Below the pieces are notes generated by a model. It searched no databases. It saw nothing but the letters and a program-made list of their open reading frames with translations, and was not told where the DNA came from. A stretch of DNA of 41,892 nucleotides. It comes from an uncultured Lentimicrobiaceae bacterium. GTDB taxonomy: Bacteria > Bacteroidota > Bacteroidia > Bacteroidales > UBA4417. This document shows positions 38,334 through 41,892 of this stretch, piece by piece. Location: contig CAZBZA010000001.1 of assembly GCA_964495865.1 (NCBI GenBank), positions 1 through 41,892 on the forward strand. Direction: 5' to 3'. The stretch's first letter is position 1, and each line of letters starts with the position of its first letter. Position numbers and translations under genes: made by a program.

Positions 38334-38503
38334 AATATTCCGGTGCGCTACACCTTAAATTATACCCAATTTTACCAAACTACAAATATTGCGCCCTCTG
38401 TGGCTTTATTTGACCTCAGTAAAGTCAATAAATAAAGGTGCAGAGCGCCGGAATATTTGTAGTAAAATGATAAAATACAATACTAGGTGCAGCGCACCGG
38501 AAT
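38334..38503. repeat. Nested imperfect palindromic element (REP/MITE-like) built from ~20-nt GC-rich cores GGTGCAGCGCACCGGAAT(ATT)
   Basis: The outer arms 38337-38354 and 38486-38503 pair at 17 of 18 positions. In the inner arms, CTACAAATATT at 38380-38390 pairs perfectly with 38452-38462, with GCGC/TCTG extensions. A further AT-rich palindrome is centred near 38420. Confidence 0.7.
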
Positions 38504-38636
38504 CCGCCGGGCTCTTCGAAATCAAATGTAAGAGGCAAGGGTTTTAACTCATATTGTGCATTTGCCGAACATTTCATACACAGCTATAAATTCTATTCTG
38601 TTGATTATATTGATAATATATGTTTTTCAGAGGGCC

Positions 38637-40475
38637 TTAAATACTGCCTGCCTGTTTCTCCTGATCGGAAATTTCGGGATGGAAATAGTTGAAAACGATT
38701 TTTCCTTTGGCCAGTCCTGCAACCTTTTGTATATCAGCTAATGACGCTTCCCTGATTCCTTTTACTGATCGGAATTTCCGAAGTAAAACGGTTGAAGTTG
38801 ACTCGCCTACACCTGCAATTTCGGTAAGCTCGGTTTTAATAGTCCCTTTCTCGCGGCGCTTGCGGTGATGCGTAATTCCAAAGCGGTGAGCCTCGTCGCG
38901 CAACTGCTGGATAATACGCAATGTCTCTGATTTTTTATCAATATACAGCGGAAGCGAATCGCCTGGATAATAAATTTCCTCCAGTTTCTTGGCAATGCCG
39001 ATTACGGCTACTTTCCCATGTAAACCTAATTTGTCGATACTTTCCATAGCCGAACTAAGCTGGCCTTTTCCTCCGTCAACTATAATTAATTGTGGCAAAG
39101 GCTGGTTTTCATCAATTACACGCTTGTAGCGGCGGTATATTACTTCCTCCATCGATGCGAAATCGTTAGGCCCTTCTACAGTTTTAATATTAAAATGGCG
39201 GTATTCCTTCTTGTCGGGTTTGCCTTTGGTAAACACAACCATAGCGGCTACAGGATATGCTCCCTGTATATTTGAATTATCGAAACAATCAATACGTACC
39301 GGGTGCTCCTTCAGCCTGAGATCGGCCTTCATCTGCTCCATGATACGATTAGCATGACGCTCAGGATCAACATGTTCGAGTTGTTTGTGCTTTTCAATCA
39401 TATAGTATTTTGCATTGCGTTCCGAGAGTTCCAGAAGGCTCTTCTTTTCACCACGCAAAGGCCTGGTATAAATAACACCCGGAAATTCAACATCAGGTTT
39501 GAACGGAACAATAATTTCGGGCGAATCCGAATCGAAACGCTCGCGGAGTTCAGTAATAGCCAGTAATAGCAGTTCTTCGGGCGTTTCGTCAAGCTTTTTG
39601 CGTATTTCGACTGTATGTGCCTGTATAATACTGCCGCTTATCACTTTCATGAAATTGATATATGCTGCCGTTGGTTCATCCACATAGGAGAAAACATCCA
39701 CATTGTGAATGCTCGGACTTACAATTGTCGATTTACTCTGGTAACGGTCGAGAAGAACAATTTTTTCCTTTACCACATGTGCTTTTTCGTATTGGTATGT
39801 GTCAGCATATTCTTTCATCATACCAGCCAGGTGATGTCGAACGGCTGAAATATTTCCTTTTAGAATGTTCCGTATTTCGGTAAGCGATTGGCCGTAATCC
39901 TCTTCCGTTTGTAGATTTTCGCATGGGCCCAGACAGTTGTTTATATGGTATTCGAGGCACACCTTGTATTTTCCTGTCCGGATATTTGAGGCACTCAGGT
40001 TAAGGCTGCAGGTGCGAATCTGGTATAGTTGCCGGATAAGGTCGAGAAGGGTGTGCATCATTTTACCCGAAGCATAAGGCCCGAAATAATCCGATCCGTC
40101 GTTTATCCTGTTTCGTGTAGAAAAAATACGGGGGAAAGCTTCTTTTTTAATACAAATCCAGGGATAGGTTTTGTCGTCCTTCAGCATCACGTTGTAACGC
40201 GGCTGGTACTTCTTTATCAGGTTGTTTTCCAGAAGTAATGCATCAAGTTCTGTATCAACAACAACGATTTGAATATCAGCGATTTTCTGAACCAGAATTC
40301 TTACTTTACCAATCAGTGATTCATCGCGCCTGAAATAAGACGAAACTCTTTTCTTGAGATTTTTTGCCTTGCCGACATATAGTATTTTCCCATCCTTATC
40401 ATAGTACTGATATACCCCGGGACTGTCGGGCAGCTCGCGAATAATGTTATCGATATGGATGGAATGCCTTGACAA
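38637..40475 (-). CDS. uvrC: Excinuclease ABC subunit C
   Basis: The GIY-YIG motif is GVYQYYDKDGKILYVGKAKNLKKRVSSY. The UvrBC-interaction and endonuclease regions and a C-terminal HhH (GVGESTSTVLLRKF) are present. The only in-frame start at the 5' end is TTG at 40473-40475. Confidence 0.92.
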   Translation of the reverse strand: MSRHSIHIDNIIRELPDSPGVYQYYDKDGKILYVGKAKNLKKRVSSYFRRDESLIGKVRILVQKIADIQIVVVDTELDALLLENNLIKKYQPRYNVMLKDDKTYPWICIKKEAFPRIFSTRNRINDGSDYFGPYASGKMMHTLLDLIRQLYQIRTCSLNLSASNIRTGKYKVCLEYHINNCLGPCENLQTEEDYGQSLTEIRNILKGNISAVRHHLAGMMKEYADTYQYEKAHVVKEKIVLLDRYQSKSTIVSPSIHNVDVFSYVDEPTAAYINFMKVISGSIIQAHTVEIRKKLDETPEELLLLAITELRERFDSDSPEIIVPFKPDVEFPGVIYTRPLRGEKKSLLELSERNAKYYMIEKHKQLEHVDPERHANRIMEQMKADLRLKEHPVRIDCFDNSNIQGAYPVAAMVVFTKGKPDKKEYRHFNIKTVEGPNDFASMEEVIYRRYKRVIDENQPLPQLIIVDGGKGQLSSAMESIDKLGLHGKVAVIGIAKKLEEIYYPGDSLPLYIDKKSETLRIIQQLRDEAHRFGITHHRKRREKGTIKTELTEIAGVGESTSTVLLRKFRSVKGIREASLADIQKVAGLAKGKIVFNYFHPEISDQEKQAGSI

Positions 40476-40480
40476 GAGAA

Positions 40481-40503
40481 GGTTTAGGGTTTAGGGGTTA
40501 GGG
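40481..40503 (+). repeat. Short G-tract repeat GGTTTAGGGTTTAGGGGTTAGGG (TTTAGGG-like, 3 units)
   Basis: Read directly from the sequence. It lies 5 nt upstream of the uvrC start codon, on the opposite strand. Confidence 0.8.
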
Positions 40504-40510
40504 ATTAAAT

Positions 40511-40551
40511 ATGCATGTAGAGACGCAATGCTTGCGTCTCTACTCATGCAT
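40511..40551 (-). terminator. Hairpin at the thiL 3' end (terminator or attenuator between thiL and uvrC)
   Basis: The perfect 12-bp stem GTAGAGACGCAA (40517-40528) / TTGCGTCTCTAC (40532-40543) has a 3-nt loop. Outer ATGCAT/ATGCAT arms extend it. The thiL stop codon (40540-40542) lies inside the stem. Only a weak U-tract follows. Confidence 0.55.
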
Positions 40552-41586
40552 ATGATTCCAGCCCAAAGCTTCAATTTTAATTAAAGGCCCGTTGTTGCTG
40601 GCCAGGAAAGTGCCGGCATTAGGTTCGGTCATGTGGCCGATAATACTGATGCCTTCGATGGCTCGTACTTTTTCGAAATCATTCATATTGATCGTAAATA
40701 GAAGCTCGTAATCTTCACCACCGTTCATAGCAGCAGTAACAGGCTGAATGTTAAACTCTTCGGCAGCAGTAATTGTCATGGCATCGAGAGGGATTTTATC
40801 TTCAAAAATCCTGCAGCCTAAGCCGGAATCTTCGCAAAGATGCAAAACTTCGGAAGCTAAACCATCCGAGATATCAATCATAGCTGTTGGTTTTACCCCT
40901 GCTTTTTTCAGAAGTTCGATAATATCGGTTCTCGGTTCAGGTTTCAGCTGGCGTTCGAGTATATAATCGTAGCCCGATAATTCGGGTTGCATGTCAGGGT
41001 TGGCTTCGTAAACTTTCTTTTCGCGTTCGAGTAATAAAAGTCCCATATAAGCGCTGCCCAGGTCGCCGCTTACGCATATCAGATCATTTTCTCTGGCAGT
41101 GCTTCTATACACAACATCCTGTTTATCAGCCTCTCCTGTAACGGTTAAGGATAAAAACAAACCATGAACCGACGACGTGGTATCGCCACCTGCCAGGTCC
41201 ACATGATAACGCTCACAGGCCAGTTTTATACCCGCGTAAATTTCGTCAAGCGCTTCCACAGGAAAACGGTTACTGACTGATAAACCCACAAAAAGCTGTC
41301 GGGGTGTGCCATTCATGGCTACGATATCCGAAAAATTAACGGCTGCACATTTGTACCCGAGATGCCTGAGGGGCATATACGACAGGTCGAAATGTACCCC
41401 TTCCACAAGCAGATCAGTGGAAACCAATGTAACTTTATCGCCATAGTCAATAACGGCTGCATCGTCGCCGATACCTTTTATAGTAGATGGCTGCTCACAT
41501 ACAAATGCTTCTGTAAGATGTTTTATAAGACCAAATTCGCCTAAGGAGGAAAGTTCAGTGCGTTTTGCCTGTGTGGGTTCGATCAT
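40540..41586 (-). CDS. thiL: Thiamine-monophosphate kinase
   Basis: Motifs GEFGLI, GIGDDAAV, LLVEGVHF, AVNFSDIVAMNG, LAGGDT and GGEDYELLFT are present. Confidence 0.9.
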   Translation of the reverse strand: MIEPTQAKRTELSSLGEFGLIKHLTEAFVCEQPSTIKGIGDDAAVIDYGDKVTLVSTDLLVEGVHFDLSYMPLRHLGYKCAAVNFSDIVAMNGTPRQLFVGLSVSNRFPVEALDEIYAGIKLACERYHVDLAGGDTTSSVHGLFLSLTVTGEADKQDVVYRSTARENDLICVSGDLGSAYMGLLLLEREKKVYEANPDMQPELSGYDYILERQLKPEPRTDIIELLKKAGVKPTAMIDISDGLASEVLHLCEDSGLGCRIFEDKIPLDAMTITAAEEFNIQPVTAAMNGGEDYELLFTINMNDFEKVRAIEGISIIGHMTEPNAGTFLASNNGPLIKIEALGWNHMHE

Positions 41587-41892
41587 AAGGAATTAATTTT
41601 TGGCAAAATTAAGGTTTAATTTACCACGGAGAAACCTGGAACTTGGAGATTCAATGAGTATAGAATTTTATATGCGAATAAATTACCGGAGATACCTGGC
41701 AAATCTAACTTTCCGAATGCAGTGAAAATTGAAAGATTCACGGATTTTATATTGTCTCAGTGAACTTTTGTGCTTTCAGAGCATTAGTTTTTTTTTGCTT
41801 TTATTAGAAAAAGATACCCGATTCAAATTATAGAATAAAATTCGGTATTCATTTTCCGAAATTATAAAACAAATAATAATTCTGCTTGTTTT

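Noticed and set aside
41587-41800. TPP (THI-box) riboswitch upstream of thiL
   Set aside because: The minus strand contains CTGAGA, but the conserved ACCC...GAACCTGATC...GGATAATGCC...AGGGA elements are absent. In addition, thiL is not a typical TPP-riboswitch target.

Overview
The window is a chromosomal segment from a Bacteroidota genome. The evidence is an AT-rich sequence, no strong Shine-Dalgarno use, and type IX secretion (T9SS) and gliding-type genes. Most of it is recognisable housekeeping: prfB with its programmed +1 frameshift, recX, an FKBP isomerase, cobB, mdh, maeB, ruvA, gcvH, a TonB-like protein, an NCS2 purine permease, uvrC and thiL.

Two T9SS loci dominate the window:
- A 3277-aa SprB-type adhesin (6779-16612) with a type-B T9SS C-terminal sorting domain. 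It is followed directly by a PorP/SprF-family gene and an OmpA/PD40 protein that also carries a SPOR-like tail.
- The SprA translocon gene (25714-33054).

I found no rRNA, tRNA, CRISPR array, transposase, integrase or recognisable defence gene, and I cannot point to a convincing new multi-gene system.

The least explained structures are:
1. An Avd-like four-helix-bundle gene (23S rRNA intervening-sequence protein family) bracketed by two inverted tandem-repeat arrays (45-1080).
2. Sixteen in-frame 237-nt repeats inside the giant adhesin.
3. A 170-bp nested palindromic element between convergent genes (38334-38503).
4. A TTTAGGG-type G-tract repeat plus a hairpin at the thiL-uvrC junction.

All family assignments come from motif recognition by eye, not from database searches.
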